Source: an uncultured Methanoregulaceae archaeon
GTDB lineage: Archaea > Halobacteriota > Methanomicrobia > Methanomicrobiales > Methanospirillaceae
Length of the DNA: 64,000 bases
Direction of reading: 5' to 3'
NCBI GenBank assembly: GCA_963701095.1
Contig: OY969564.1
Location: forward strand, 864,001 to 928,000
Made by a program: the position numbers and the translations under genes
In this document: positions 44,540 through 55,030 of the stretch, in pieces
How the letters are laid out: each line of letters starts with the position of its first letter
How positions within the stretch are numbered: position 1 is the stretch's first letter
Notes under the pieces: model-generated
What the model was told of the DNA's origin: nothing
What the model saw: the letters and a program-made list of their open reading frames with translations, nothing else
Databases searched by the model: none

Positions 44540-47122
44540 TTAATTTATTGCAGTCCCATTCGTTACTGCTGATTCCGGTACCTCAAATGTTGTGCTGGTA
44601 CCCTCGATCTGATAGGGACCGGTGGCTTTTACCGGGTACGGGTTGTCGCTCCCGGTAGCATACGGAACGATAAATGCACCGTTCACGCTTGCCTGCCGGT
44701 AGGTGAAATTTCTTCCCTGGTTGGTAACGAGCGGGATCTCGATGATACCGTTCCCGTTGATCCGGGCACCATTGACGTATTCAAATATTTTCACGTACTT
44801 CACATCGCTGGTATTGGTGGAAAGTGAGGTGGTCGGCGATTCGTAGATGAGCCGGTAATGCTGGAGAGCAGGAACATCGGTGATCGGAGAGACGGGGGAG
44901 GTGCTGAGCACGACTGCATGGTAACCGGCTGCCTGGGGGTTCTGGTTATACTGGTCGGCCTTTGTGACAGCCTCACTCGCGTTCATCGCTTCCGCATCAG
45001 TCATAACCGGGTAGTTTTCCTGGGTAATGGACGGATCAGCATATGTTACATAATATGCGGTTGTGGCCGGGGCCATGGAGCCATCGAAGTTGTGGAGCCT
45101 TGAGATCATCGTATCATAGTATGCATTTTGGTTCAGGAGATCGGTGCTATAACCGCTCCCTGACTGCGAAGGCACGAGGATCGGCATCTGGTAGGGTGCA
45201 GTCGCTGCTGTTTCATTGAACCACGTAGCCATCGCCCAGAATTTGCCGGTATCCATCTCGACATCGGTAATCACATACCGGGTGCGGTCATGATCGAGGA
45301 TCGTGTTTGCTGTCGACTCATTGGTTGTCATGAAGTACGCGGCAGCGCCATCAGAACCGGTGACTCCTGCCTGGAAGGGATTGGCATTGGGCATCCGGTG
45401 GGCGATATACAAAATCATATGCCCGTAATCCCACCAGGACATGATCCCGTACGCGGTGGGCGGGTAGTGGAACGTCGTGGGGTTATAGATGGTATAATAA
45501 TCCACGCCGGTATCCGGGGTACTGTTACCGAGCCATTCGAGTGCCAGCTGCCAGTCGCCATTCACCTGGTTTACGCCGGCGGATCCTATCTCGTAATTAT
45601 AGGTTAACGATGTGTACACAAAGAGGAGACCCAGAACAAGAACTATGGCCATAGCTGCTACGAGAAGAGGATCTACCCCGTGAGAACTGGTCGCAGCCTT
45701 TTTCTGTTTCTTACCTTTGTGGTGTTCATCTGTTTCTTTTGGACCTTCGGTGTGTGCAAAGCCCGAAAACAGCATGCGGAGATTCGGCCACCCTTTCTCG
45801 AAAACGAAATGGATGCACACGGCGGAAAGAAGCGCTATGACGACGGCGAGATAATACTCGTACCGGACATGCTGGCAGGTCGCAAAGAGAATGATAAGTG
45901 CCCAGACCATAGCAAAAATTTCCTGGGGACGTTCTTCACGGTAATTGTTATAGAGCGTGACACAAATCCCCCCGGCCATAAGGAGAAGCCCGTAGTTAAA
46001 CGATGCCCACGCTTCTGTAAGAGTCCAGGCCCGGGCATCCATCACGGTCTGGGTCACGGCGGCCTGCCCGAAAAACGCGTAGAGCGAAGTGACAAACAGA
46101 TTAAAAAGCTGCGGGGCTGCAACAAAGAGTATCCCCACAAAAACGAGCCCGCAGCCGATAATGGATAACGGGTACCAGGAGCATTTCTTGTCTTTAAGGT
46201 ACCGGGCGAGAATATACAGAAATGCCGTACCAGCTATCAGGGATACAAAGCAATACACAAGACCGACGGAATAGGTCGAGAGGTCCATACCCGGGCTTTT
46301 GAACCCGAACACGAGGAGGCCGACGGTTGCTATGGCAAAAATGATACTGTTTGCAATCAGCAGGTACTCGCTTGACCTTCCACGGCAGAAATCGAACACG
46401 AACTGGACAAGGGTGAATACACCGACGATCAGGGCAAACAGGATCATCGTTGGCATCATGAAGAGGCCAAGAAGGTACACGATACCGGCAAGCACGGATA
46501 AAAAGGCAATTTTTCGCCAGGTACTAAAATCCAAAAGATTAATTCTGGTCCCTTTTTCGGCGAGCAGGATATACAGATACGCAAGACAGAACAGGGTGGA
46601 AAAAACCACCTCACCGTCGCGATGGTTGAAATACCCGTACAGGGAATAGAGGAAAAATGTTCCCGATACGACTGCTGTAAAACCGGATGCAAGAAGACCG
46701 GTCTTCCAGTCACCGAACGCTTTACCGACATAATACATCAGGGCAACAGTCACCGCTGCAAACAGGGGGGTGATCAGAAGACAGGTTCCGATAATCTCGG
46801 GCCGGGTAACTGCCCCGGTGAGTGTACAGGCAATATCTGCAATAATAATAGTTAACGGACCCCAATAGAGGGAGGTACCCACCGGGAAATAGGTCATCGG
46901 GTCAAACCAGGTATACTGGAAATGGTTTGCCAGCGAGAGTTCGACAAGCCGTAAATCATACTGGGGGTCGTCGCTTGCCACCATGGAAAGGATATCGGTA
47001 TGGCCCATGGTAAGCATGGGGATAAGGCGGAGCCAGAGGGCAACAATAATAAAAAAGCCAACCAGGCCGATAACCAACCATTTTTTACGATCGTTAAAGA
47101 ATGTTAACTTCACTACCATCAC
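44540..47122 (-). CDS. aglB: STT3/AglB oligosaccharyltransferase homolog with atypical catalytic motifs
   Basis: Multi-TM N-terminal domain, DDP.Y, FDP.T.FP.G, WWDYGH, ANPFQAG, D.EM..GKF.AM. Confidence 0.9.
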   Translation of the reverse strand: MMVVKLTFFNDRKKWLVIGLVGFFIIVALWLRLIPMLTMGHTDILSMVASDDPQYDLRLVELSLANHFQYTWFDPMTYFPVGTSLYWGPLTIIIADIACTLTGAVTRPEIIGTCLLITPLFAAVTVALMYYVGKAFGDWKTGLLASGFTAVVSGTFFLYSLYGYFNHRDGEVVFSTLFCLAYLYILLAEKGTRINLLDFSTWRKIAFLSVLAGIVYLLGLFMMPTMILFALIVGVFTLVQFVFDFCRGRSSEYLLIANSIIFAIATVGLLVFGFKSPGMDLSTYSVGLVYCFVSLIAGTAFLYILARYLKDKKCSWYPLSIIGCGLVFVGILFVAAPQLFNLFVTSLYAFFGQAAVTQTVMDARAWTLTEAWASFNYGLLLMAGGICVTLYNNYREERPQEIFAMVWALIILFATCQHVRYEYYLAVVIALLSAVCIHFVFEKGWPNLRMLFSGFAHTEGPKETDEHHKGKKQKKAATSSHGVDPLLVAAMAIVLVLGLLFVYTSLTYNYEIGSAGVNQVNGDWQLALEWLGNSTPDTGVDYYTIYNPTTFHYPPTAYGIMSWWDYGHMILYIAHRMPNANPFQAGVTGSDGAAAYFMTTNESTANTILDHDRTRYVITDVEMDTGKFWAMATWFNETAATAPYQMPILVPSQSGSGYSTDLLNQNAYYDTMISRLHNFDGSMAPATTAYYVTYADPSITQENYPVMTDAEAMNASEAVTKADQYNQNPQAAGYHAVVLSTSPVSPITDVPALQHYRLIYESPTTSLSTNTSDVKYVKIFEYVNGARINGNGIIEIPLVTNQGRNFTYRQASVNGAFIVPYATGSDNPYPVKATGPYQIEGTSTTFEVPESAVTNGTAIN

Positions 47123-47178
47123 GTTCGCTACAGTTGATAGTACTATTCCCTTTCAAGAATCATGAACGCATCGGCAGT

Positions 47179-47463
47179 TCAGGTGCGGGGCATCTTACGC
47201 CGGGCAAGTAGTTCCCCTTTTCTGGTGAGACGGTACTGCACCGGAAGCATGGAACGGTTCTTGTCGGTGCACGAAGGACACAATGCGCAGGACCCGCATG
47301 CTCCCCCTTCCGGCATACAATCCTCTCCCCGGGTAATGTATCCCTGGCGCTCCAGGAAGAAAAGACGATTTTTCAGCTGTTCCGGCGAAAGACCGACACT
47401 CGCGGCAAGCTCAGGAGTCGAATAACTACCTTCACTGATCTTCTGCAGGATAGATGCGATCAT
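47179..47463 (-). CDS. FeoC-like wHTH protein with Cys cluster
   Basis: ELAASVGLS.EQL...L..LERQGYI then C......CGSCALCPSC; last gene of the feo operon. Confidence 0.75.
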   Translation of the reverse strand: MIASILQKISEGSYSTPELAASVGLSPEQLKNRLFFLERQGYITRGEDCMPEGGACGSCALCPSCTDKNRSMLPVQYRLTRKGELLARRKMPRT

Positions 47464-47475
47464 GAGCCACCGTAG

Positions 47476-47916
47476 TTACGTAGGTATAATATCCGCGATA
47501 AAGCCACGTCCCCATGCGGCAAACCCGACAAGGGAGAAGACAGCGAGATAGAGCATCGGGACAATCATCTGTGACACGGACCAGGTGGTCTTTCCCTCCC
47601 TAAAGACAATCGTGTCAATACCCACTGCCCCGAGATCGAGGAGAATAATCAGGCCAAACGCCACGGAAAGAAGCATTCCCACGTACAGGAAGGCTTCCCC
47701 CCCGGCAATGCGGGCACGTATCTCTTGTGCACCGACGATAAACACCGCACCTATGACCCAGAGGACAAAACCGGAAACGATATCTGACGGGATCAGGTAA
47801 GCTGCGAGGATACGGGCAAATTCCGGTTCGAGTGCCGAGAGGATCTGGAGCGTGCCACACAGGCAATACAAAAAGCCCACTATCCAGGAGAAGATTTCTT
47901 TGTGCACCATGGACAT
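47476..47916 (-). CDS. Membrane protein in feo operon
   Basis: Four hydrophobic helices; abuts the feoB stop. Confidence 0.75.
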   Translation of the reverse strand: MSMVHKEIFSWIVGFLYCLCGTLQILSALEPEFARILAAYLIPSDIVSGFVLWVIGAVFIVGAQEIRARIAGGEAFLYVGMLLSVAFGLIILLDLGAVGIDTIVFREGKTTWSVSQMIVPMLYLAVFSLVGFAAWGRGFIADIIPT

Positions 47917-47917
47917 A

Positions 47918-49918
47918 TCAGGAACCTCCTACGATGAACGCACCCACATGAGCCACGATGAAGGCAACGATATAGGCGACCGTAAGCCCGTAGACAACAG
48001 AAAACCCGGTCCACCGCCACGAACCCGTCTCTTTTTTAATGACTGCGAGTGAGGACATGCACGGCAGGTACAGGAGCACAAAGACCATGATGGTCAGTGC
48101 CGTTACCGGGCCAAGCGACGGATCCTGGAGCAGGGCATGACTGAGTGCGCCGCCACTGGTGCCGACCCCGTACAGGACACCGAGCGATCCGATCACGACT
48201 TCTTTTGCAACGAGGCCAAAGAGAAGAGCGACCGAGATCTGCCAGCCAAACCCGAGTGGTTGCACGAGCGGCTGGAGCAGGTGGCCGATCACGCCGGCAT
48301 AGCTCGCCGGGCCCCCAAACTGAACGCCCCAGGGAAACGAGGCAAGGCCCCAAACAACGATGGCGACCCCAAAAATAACCCCGCTTGCTTTCCGGAGGTA
48401 CATCGATCCGCGATCCCACATATGGATTAATGACGTTTTAACGGTCGGGAGACGGTATGGGGGCATCTCCATCAAAAACGGCGCCGGTTTACCCGGGAGG
48501 ATCGTCATCCGGAACAGCTTTGCCGACAGGATCGCTATCACGATACCAAGGATATACAAGCCGAATATAACAGTCCCGGCGTTGTTGGGGAAAAAGGCGC
48601 CGGCAAAGAGGATATACACCGGAAGCCTGGCCCCACAGGAGATAAAAGGGTTGACCAGGATCGTGATCAACCGGTCTTTTTTGTCGTCAATGGTTCGGGT
48701 TGCCATGATTGCCGGGACGTTGCAGCCAAACCCGATCAGCATGGGAATAAACGATTTGCCGGGAAGACCGATGGAATACATCAGCCGGTCCATAATAAAC
48801 GCTGCACGGGCTAGATACCCGCTGTCTTCAAGGATCGCAAGGATCAGGATCAGGATGAAAATGTTGGGCACAAACGAGAGAACGGTTCCCACGCCGCCAA
48901 TGATACCGTCCCGGATAAACGAGGCAAACCAAGCCTGTCCTATCCCCGCGGTAACGGCTGAACCAAGAATACTCATGCCCGCAAGAATCGCCGCGGTAAA
49001 AGGTGCGGCAACAGCAAACGTGAGTTCAAACGCACCCCACATCAACGCAAGGAAAATGGGAATACCAAGGTACCGGTTGGTGACAACCCGGTCGATGAGA
49101 TCAGATGCCGTCAGGTCCTTGACACAGGTAACACAGATCTGGGGAAGAATTGCGGAAATCACTTCATACCGGCGGTCGGCCATGGTGGCTTCATAGTCCA
49201 GGGAATCGAGGGTTAAAAGAACGGTTTCCACATCTTTCTGGATTGGACTTCCCCTGATCTTCTCCCTGGCATTCTCATCCCCTTCCAGGAGCCGGATGGC
49301 AAGCCACCGGGCAGGGTACCGGGCAGTGAGTGCTGTATCCCGGTCGATGACCTCGCAGAGCTGTGCAATTACCTTTTCCGTTTCCGTGCCGTACCCGATG
49401 GAATGTTCATGGTGCGGGGACGTTTCTGCCTCTTGTATGGCTGCATCGAGCAGTTCAGAAATGCCCTCTCCACGGCTTCCCGCAGTCCTGACAATGGGGA
49501 TCTCCAGGTATTCCTCCATTTTACGGGTATTGATCCGGTCCCCCCGCGTGTCAGACATATCAGACATGTTGAGGGCGATCACCACCGGTGTTCCTATTTC
49601 CAGGAGCTGGGTGGTGAGGTAGAGGTTGCGTTCGAGATTGGTTGAGTCCACGACATGGATGACAACATCTGGTTTTTCGTCAATAAGAAAATCCCGGGCG
49701 ATAACCTCATCGGCAGAATACGCTGTCAGGCTGTAGGTTCCCGGGAGATCAATTATTTCGATCGTATAGCCGCCATGCTCGACAGACCCGCTCTTCTTTT
49801 CGACGGTTACACCCGGCCAGTTCCCGACATGCTGGTGAGACCCGGTGATGGCATTAAAGAGCGTGCTTTTGCCGACGTTCGGATTGCCGGCAAGCGCTAT
49901 ACGGAGTGATTTTTTCAT
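47918..49918 (-). CDS. feoB: Ferrous iron transporter FeoB
   Basis: GNPNVGKS, GNWPGVTVE, DLPG.YSL, NM.D, GFGCNVPA, LY.PC. Confidence 0.97.
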   Translation of the reverse strand: MKKSLRIALAGNPNVGKSTLFNAITGSHQHVGNWPGVTVEKKSGSVEHGGYTIEIIDLPGTYSLTAYSADEVIARDFLIDEKPDVVIHVVDSTNLERNLYLTTQLLEIGTPVVIALNMSDMSDTRGDRINTRKMEEYLEIPIVRTAGSRGEGISELLDAAIQEAETSPHHEHSIGYGTETEKVIAQLCEVIDRDTALTARYPARWLAIRLLEGDENAREKIRGSPIQKDVETVLLTLDSLDYEATMADRRYEVISAILPQICVTCVKDLTASDLIDRVVTNRYLGIPIFLALMWGAFELTFAVAAPFTAAILAGMSILGSAVTAGIGQAWFASFIRDGIIGGVGTVLSFVPNIFILILILAILEDSGYLARAAFIMDRLMYSIGLPGKSFIPMLIGFGCNVPAIMATRTIDDKKDRLITILVNPFISCGARLPVYILFAGAFFPNNAGTVIFGLYILGIVIAILSAKLFRMTILPGKPAPFLMEMPPYRLPTVKTSLIHMWDRGSMYLRKASGVIFGVAIVVWGLASFPWGVQFGGPASYAGVIGHLLQPLVQPLGFGWQISVALLFGLVAKEVVIGSLGVLYGVGTSGGALSHALLQDPSLGPVTALTIMVFVLLYLPCMSSLAVIKKETGSWRWTGFSVVYGLTVAYIVAFIVAHVGAFIVGGS

Positions 49919-49937
49919 TATGTATCTGCCTGTCTTG

Positions 49938-50662
49938 TCACGCCTGATCAGATTTTACGGTTATAAACCGGGCTTCATCTTTCCTGAGGGAAAGGTGGTA
50001 CCCCCGGACCATGTATTCGACCGGATCGCCCATAGGAGCGGTCCGTATTACGTGAATTTCTGTACCGGGGTGATCCCCATGGCAAGGAGCCGCTGCCGGA
50101 ACGGTCCCCGCGGGGGAACCGCTACGATCCGGCACCGGGCCGGCGGTTTGATCGTGTCAAGGGTCGTTGTGTTTGCCGTCGGCGATACTGCATCCCGTAC
50201 AACAGGAGCCGTGGCAGTTTCCGCTTCAGTCCTGCATGCTGCACAGTGCGTGATACCTTTGTCACACGGACTTATCGGGCTCCCGTGCGGGCAGTGCGAC
50301 GGCGCCTCGAGCATCTTACAAAGGGCACATTCGGTTTCTGCGGATATCGCATGCTCCATCCGGCATGCCTCATCATGCACGTTTTCACGCCGGATCTTGA
50401 GGACGTCGGTTAAGAACACCTCGAGGAGCCGGTGCCGGCGCTTGATCTTTTCAGCAATTACCCTGCCGGTTTCCGTAAGGCTTGCTCCCCGGTACGGTTC
50501 ATAATGTATGAGGTTTTTCTCTGAAAGGCTCTGGAGTTCTTCAGTCACACTTGCCGGAGCGACCTTGAGGCACTTTGCAATAGCATTGGTTTTTGCGGTG
50601 CCACTACTCCCGGCGATATCATAGATCGCTTCGAGATATTCCTCAACATGTTCCTGCGCCAT
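49938..50662 (-). CDS. DtxR/IdeR metal-dependent repressor with Cys-rich linker and C-terminal FeoA domain (frameshift in G-run 50067-50070)
   Basis: EEYLEAIY, ASVTE, RRHRLLE.FL, ACRMEH, CPHG; FeoA RLLAMGITPGTEI.VIR.APMGDP....RG..LSLRKDEA. Confidence 0.9.
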
Positions 50663-50673
50663 CCTGATCAATA

Positions 50674-50713
50674 TTAGGGTGCCCTAAATTATTAAATATT
50701 TAGGTTGACCAAA
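50674..50713. promoter_or_regulatory. Two DtxR-type operators, TTAGGGTGCCCTAA (50674-50687) and TTAGGTTGACCAAA (50700-50713), flanking the TATA box
   Basis: TTAGG-N4-CCTAA palindromes directly upstream of the DtxR gene. Confidence 0.75.
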
Positions 50714-50764
50714 AAATGCAGTAATACCACGTTTCAGGTTTTATCTACAAAAAATGAGAAAAAT

Positions 50765-51412
50765 TCAGGGTACACCCTGGAGCTTCATGAAAAAAGACCC
50801 CTGTGCATTCACGTAGTTTTCATCAGTCTCGTTTCCATACGCAACGGAGACCGCTATCCCATTATTATCGTCGACTTTATCATTCAGGTAAGAAATGGTG
50901 ATTGTGTCAGGTGAGGTGTTTACCAAAAAAGACCATGTGTTCATCCCGGTATAATTTTTCTGAACTACTGTGTACCCGGTATAACGGTCAAACCCACAAC
51001 ATCCGATTTTTTTAGGAGGGGATGGATCATAAGGACAGGGCCAGGCACATGTCGATCCTAAATTAAGGGAGAGAACTTCCATGGGAGGAAGGTTGGTAGA
51101 CCCGTTGATAAAGAACGGTCCGGTGTAATTGTCTTCTTCTCCGGGAAGAAGAGTAATATTCTTGAGGGGATCAATATGGATCCATAACGATTGGGCTGCA
51201 GATGTTGGTTCTGAAGACTGTTGGGTTATACCTGCAACCGGCGTTTGCTGAGGTGAGGTTACTGCTACTGACACGGTGGCATTTATTGCTGGTGCAGATT
51301 CGTTGGCTCCTTTAGGATTTATGCACGCGGAACTCATGATCAGAATTATTGTGACAACAAAAATTGCCACTGGCACGAACATTTTGATACGTTTTCCATG
51401 AAGCGACGTCAT
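50765..51412 (-). CDS. Secreted/lipoprotein-like protein with 'IHIDPL...GSTNLP' domain
   Basis: SSAC signal; LWIHIDPLKN...FFINGSTNLPP; G.NTWSF.V motif shared with 6233 and 42477. Confidence 0.75.
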   Translation of the reverse strand: MTSLHGKRIKMFVPVAIFVVTIILIMSSACINPKGANESAPAINATVSVAVTSPQQTPVAGITQQSSEPTSAAQSLWIHIDPLKNITLLPGEEDNYTGPFFINGSTNLPPMEVLSLNLGSTCAWPCPYDPSPPKKIGCCGFDRYTGYTVVQKNYTGMNTWSFLVNTSPDTITISYLNDKVDDNNGIAVSVAYGNETDENYVNAQGSFFMKLQGVP

Positions 51413-51725
51413 TAATGATTCACCGTTGGAGAAATTATTAGATTACCACTATTTTTCATGAAGGGGAAATACTTTGGGAAATCAGCTGAATAATCATTTC
51501 GTGAGATAAAAACAGCAGATAAAAAAAATTAAAGTGATTAGTGGGTTTATGAAAAAACAACGATTTCTGGAAAGGTCATTATTTCCTAATCCCGGTCAAA
51601 ATGCCGTTTCGATCAATAATCCTGATAAACATCGCAATCAAAGGACTACCAACAAATCCCGAAAAAGGCTGCATATTCCCATGCACCTGGCGGGCCTTTT
51701 GCGGCAGTACCAGGAGACACACACC

Positions 51726-52628
51726 ATGATCCTTGAGGAGTTTCTTGAAGAAGCAGGAACGGAAAAGAATCTTTTGAGGCTTATCCTCTTCCTGAGTGAA
51801 CAGGCAGCCGAAGTAAAAAAGGGTTTTCTCTCGACCTGCATGAACAAGGCAGAATGCAGTACCAAAAACATCTTCGGGGAAGACCAGAAACCTCTTGACA
51901 AGTACGCCGATGAAGTGTTCATCAACGCGCTTAAAGAATCACGGTTGGTCAAATATATCGCGACCGAAGAACAGGACCATGTGATCGAAGTTCCCGGCGC
52001 CAAAAACCATTTCGGCGTAGTTATTGACCCGCTTGATGGTTCCTCGCTTCTGGACGTTAATCTCTGTGTCGGTTCTATCATCGGCATCTATCCCGGCCAC
52101 GTCCTTGAAAAAGGATCGAAGATGATTGCCGCCCTCTATATGTTGTACGGACCGCTTACCCTGCTGACTTTTACCACAAAACACGGTGTCCACGAATTCA
52201 TCCAGCGCGAAGACGGTAAATTTGTCCTCCTTCACCGCGACCTGAAGATACCGGAGGGGAAGATCCACTCTCCGGGCGCACTCCGCAAGGACTACCTCGC
52301 ACCGCACGCCCAATGGATCAACCACCTGGAAAGTGAGGGGTACAAACTCCGGTTCAGCGGCTGTTTTGTTGCTGACGTTCATCAGATCCTCCATAAAGGT
52401 GGCGTGTTCACTTATCCCGGGACCAAAGGAAAAGAATTGGGAAAACTACGCCTCCTGTATGAGGCAAACCCGGTGGGTATGATCATTTGCGAGGCCGGAG
52501 GTGCAGTCAGTAACGGTCACACCGATTACCGGGAGATCATGCCTGCATCGATAGGACAGGTCACACCACTTTATATTGGCGGCAAAAAAGAGATCGCAAA
52601 GATTGAAAAATATATGAAGGAAGGATAA
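51726..52628 (+). CDS. fbp: Fructose-1,6-bisphosphatase class I
   Basis: [44 protein letters not shown]; start 51726 after GGAG. Confidence 0.93.
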   Translation: MILEEFLEEAGTEKNLLRLILFLSEQAAEVKKGFLSTCMNKAECSTKNIFGEDQKPLDKYADEVFINALKESRLVKYIATEEQDHVIEVPGAKNHFGVVIDPLDGSSLLDVNLCVGSIIGIYPGHVLEKGSKMIAALYMLYGPLTLLTFTTKHGVHEFIQREDGKFVLLHRDLKIPEGKIHSPGALRKDYLAPHAQWINHLESEGYKLRFSGCFVADVHQILHKGGVFTYPGTKGKELGKLRLLYEANPVGMIICEAGGAVSNGHTDYREIMPASIGQVTPLYIGGKKEIAKIEKYMKEG

Positions 52629-52645
52629 GTACAGGGTGTACCATC

Positions 52646-53784
52646 ATGGACACGAAAACTTTTGGTCCTCTCCCCGGTTCAACTATTCTCACCGGGGTTT
52701 CCGGCAAAAAAGCCATTGTCATGGCCGCAAACGTCCGTATCGCCACGGTTGCGGAAGGTATTTTCAAGGCCGCAAAAGATTCCGATTCGGCGGTATTCAT
52801 GGAACTTGCCCGGTCTGAATCCGATCTTTCCGGCGGGTATACCGGGATGACGCCGCAGGTCTTTTCGGAAAAGATGCGGGCAGCTGCAAAAGCGACCGCA
52901 TGCGATATCTGGGCACTCCATGCCGATCATATCTCGATTAAAAAAGGGGATCCCGCCGAAATCGCCGGGACAAAGCAATTGATCGATGCACAGGTCAACG
53001 CCGGGTACACATCCTTTGCCATCGATGCCTCGCACCTTTTCAACTTCCAGGGAAAAAATGTCCGTGAGGAACTCGAGCTGAACATCAAGGCCACATCCGA
53101 GATTGCCCGGTATATCCGGCAGAAAATGAACGGCAGGGAATTTGGCCTTGAAGTTGAAGTAGGTGAGATCGGGAGAAAAGACACCGAAGGCCTGATCCTG
53201 ACAAAACCGGAGGAAGCCGTCGGATTTATCAAAGCTCTCAATGAAAACGATGTCTATCCTCATGTGATTGCCATAGCAAACGGCAGTTCGCACGGCCATT
53301 CCTACGACGCGAACGGGAATGTGGTCGAACAACTCTCGATCGATATCCCCCGGACACAGGAGATTGCAAAAGCACTCCGGGATAACCATCTCAACGTCGG
53401 GATAGCCCAGCATGGTATCACCGGAACCCCGCGGGATCTTATCAACCTGCATTTCCCCAAAGGAGATATCATCAAGGGAAATGTCGGTACATTCTGGCAG
53501 GATGTGGCGTTTGGCACCCTCAAAATCTACGAGCCTGCCCTGTACAAGGACATTATGGACTGGACCCTCGAGAATACCTGCCGGAAAATCCCAATAAAAA
53601 AGACAAGCAGATTATTGACGGTAACTGCAAAAACGCAATCAAAGTATTCTACAAAGAGATTTACGGCGTCGATGAAAAGACCAATAAAGCCATGCAGGCG
53701 ATGGCGTATGCCGAGAGTCTTGTCTTTTTCAGGGCATTTGGCGCATACGGTACCGCTTCAGCCATCCGGAAATCCCTGCACTGA
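52646..53784 (+). CDS. fba: Class II fructose-bisphosphate aldolase (frameshift at about 53574)
   Basis: HADH, IDASH, EVEVGEIG, GSSHG, QHGITG, KGNVGT; restored C-terminus ...FFRAFGAYGTASAIRKSLH*. Confidence 0.88.
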
Positions 53785-53844
53785 TCCGGTCGGCTCCCCA
53801 ACCCTTTTTAGCATCCGGAAACGATTTCCTATTATTGAACGCGT

Positions 53845-54942
53845 ATGCCAAAAACCACGATCTCCGTTATTAAAGCAGATGTGGGCAGTTTCCCGGGCCA
53901 TTCCCGCACTCATCCTAAGCTGCTTGAAAAAGCGGCGCAGATGCTTAAAGCCGAACGAGGCAAACTGCTCACCGATTCCTTTGTGACCCACTGTGGCGAT
54001 GATATCGAACTTATCATGACCCATAAACGAGGCGTCGATGATAAAGAGATCCACAAGCTTGCCTGGAACGTCTTTGTGGAATGCACAAAAATTGCCAAAA
54101 CCCTTAAGCTGTATGGAGCCGGCCAGGACTTACTTACCGATGCGTTCTCGGGGAATGTCCGGGGCATGGGCCCGGGGGTTGCCGAGATGGAGTTTGATGA
54201 ACGCAGTTCGGATCCTGTCCTTATCTTCATGGCAGACAAAACCGAACCCGGCGCGTGGAACTTTTATCTCTACAAGATCTTTGCCGACCCGTTTAATACG
54301 CCGGGTCTGGTTATCGATCCGGCCCTGCACGACGGTTTTGTGTTCGAAGTCCATGATCTGGTAAAAAAACGAAAGGTGCGGTTCTCCTGTCCCAAAGAGA
54401 GTTACAGTGTGCTTGCCTATATCGGGTCGCCGTCCCGGTACGTTATCAAGCACGTCTACAAAAAGGACGGGATCATTGCTGCCTCGACCAGCTCCCAGAG
54501 TCTCAACATGATAGCCGGCCGGTACGTGGGAAAAGATGACCCGGTCATGATTGTGAGAGCGCAAAGCGGTTTTCCTTCCATGGGTGAAGTGATCGAGCCC
54601 TTTACCACACCGGTACTGGTAGCAGGCTGGATGCGAGGATCCCATTACGGTCCGTTCATGCCGGTCGGTCTGTGCGATGCTAACTGCACCCGGTTTGACG
54701 GTCCGCCCCGGGTCATCTGTTTTGGGTTCCAGATCGCAAATGGTGCCCTTATCGGACCTGCCGATATGTTCGACGATCCCGGTTTTGACCGGGTCAGGGC
54801 GCGCTGCAACGAACTTGCCGACACGATCCGGGCCCAGGGCCCCTTCGAACCCCACCGGCTTTCTCCGGAAAACATGGAATACACGACTCTTCCCCAGATA
54901 GAAAAGGCGCTGGAAAAACGATGGGAAGACATTGCAGAGTAA
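53845..54942 (+). CDS. Bifunctional fructose-1,6-bisphosphate aldolase/phosphatase (class V FBPase)
   Basis: SVIKADVG..PGH, GDD, LYGAGQDLL, DKTEPGA, YVGKDDP (Schiff-base Lys), GWMRGSH.GP, GPFEPHRL, EYTTLP. Confidence 0.95.
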   Translation: MPKTTISVIKADVGSFPGHSRTHPKLLEKAAQMLKAERGKLLTDSFVTHCGDDIELIMTHKRGVDDKEIHKLAWNVFVECTKIAKTLKLYGAGQDLLTDAFSGNVRGMGPGVAEMEFDERSSDPVLIFMADKTEPGAWNFYLYKIFADPFNTPGLVIDPALHDGFVFEVHDLVKKRKVRFSCPKESYSVLAYIGSPSRYVIKHVYKKDGIIAASTSSQSLNMIAGRYVGKDDPVMIVRAQSGFPSMGEVIEPFTTPVLVAGWMRGSHYGPFMPVGLCDANCTRFDGPPRVICFGFQIANGALIGPADMFDDPGFDRVRARCNELADTIRAQGPFEPHRLSPENMEYTTLPQIEKALEKRWEDIAE

Positions 54943-54985
54943 AAGGTCCGGAAAGGGTATTCTTCCCTTCCGGGAACCTTCTTTC
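54943..54985 (+). terminator. Hairpin plus pyrimidine tract after the FBP aldolase/phosphatase gene
   Basis: AAGGTCCGGAAAGGG...CCCTTCCGGGAACCTT followed by CTTTCT. Confidence 0.4.
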
Positions 54986-55030
54986 TCCTCCTAGCAAACT
55001 TTAATTATCTTCCGACCCAAATCAGGACAG

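Noticed and set aside
51534..51725. N-terminal extension of the class I FBPase
   Set aside because: It covers promoter-like AT-rich sequence; homology and an RBS support ATG 51726.
53785..53986. Aldolase C-terminal extension overlapping the next gene
   Set aside because: Artefact of the frameshift near 53574; the corrected frame stops at 53784.
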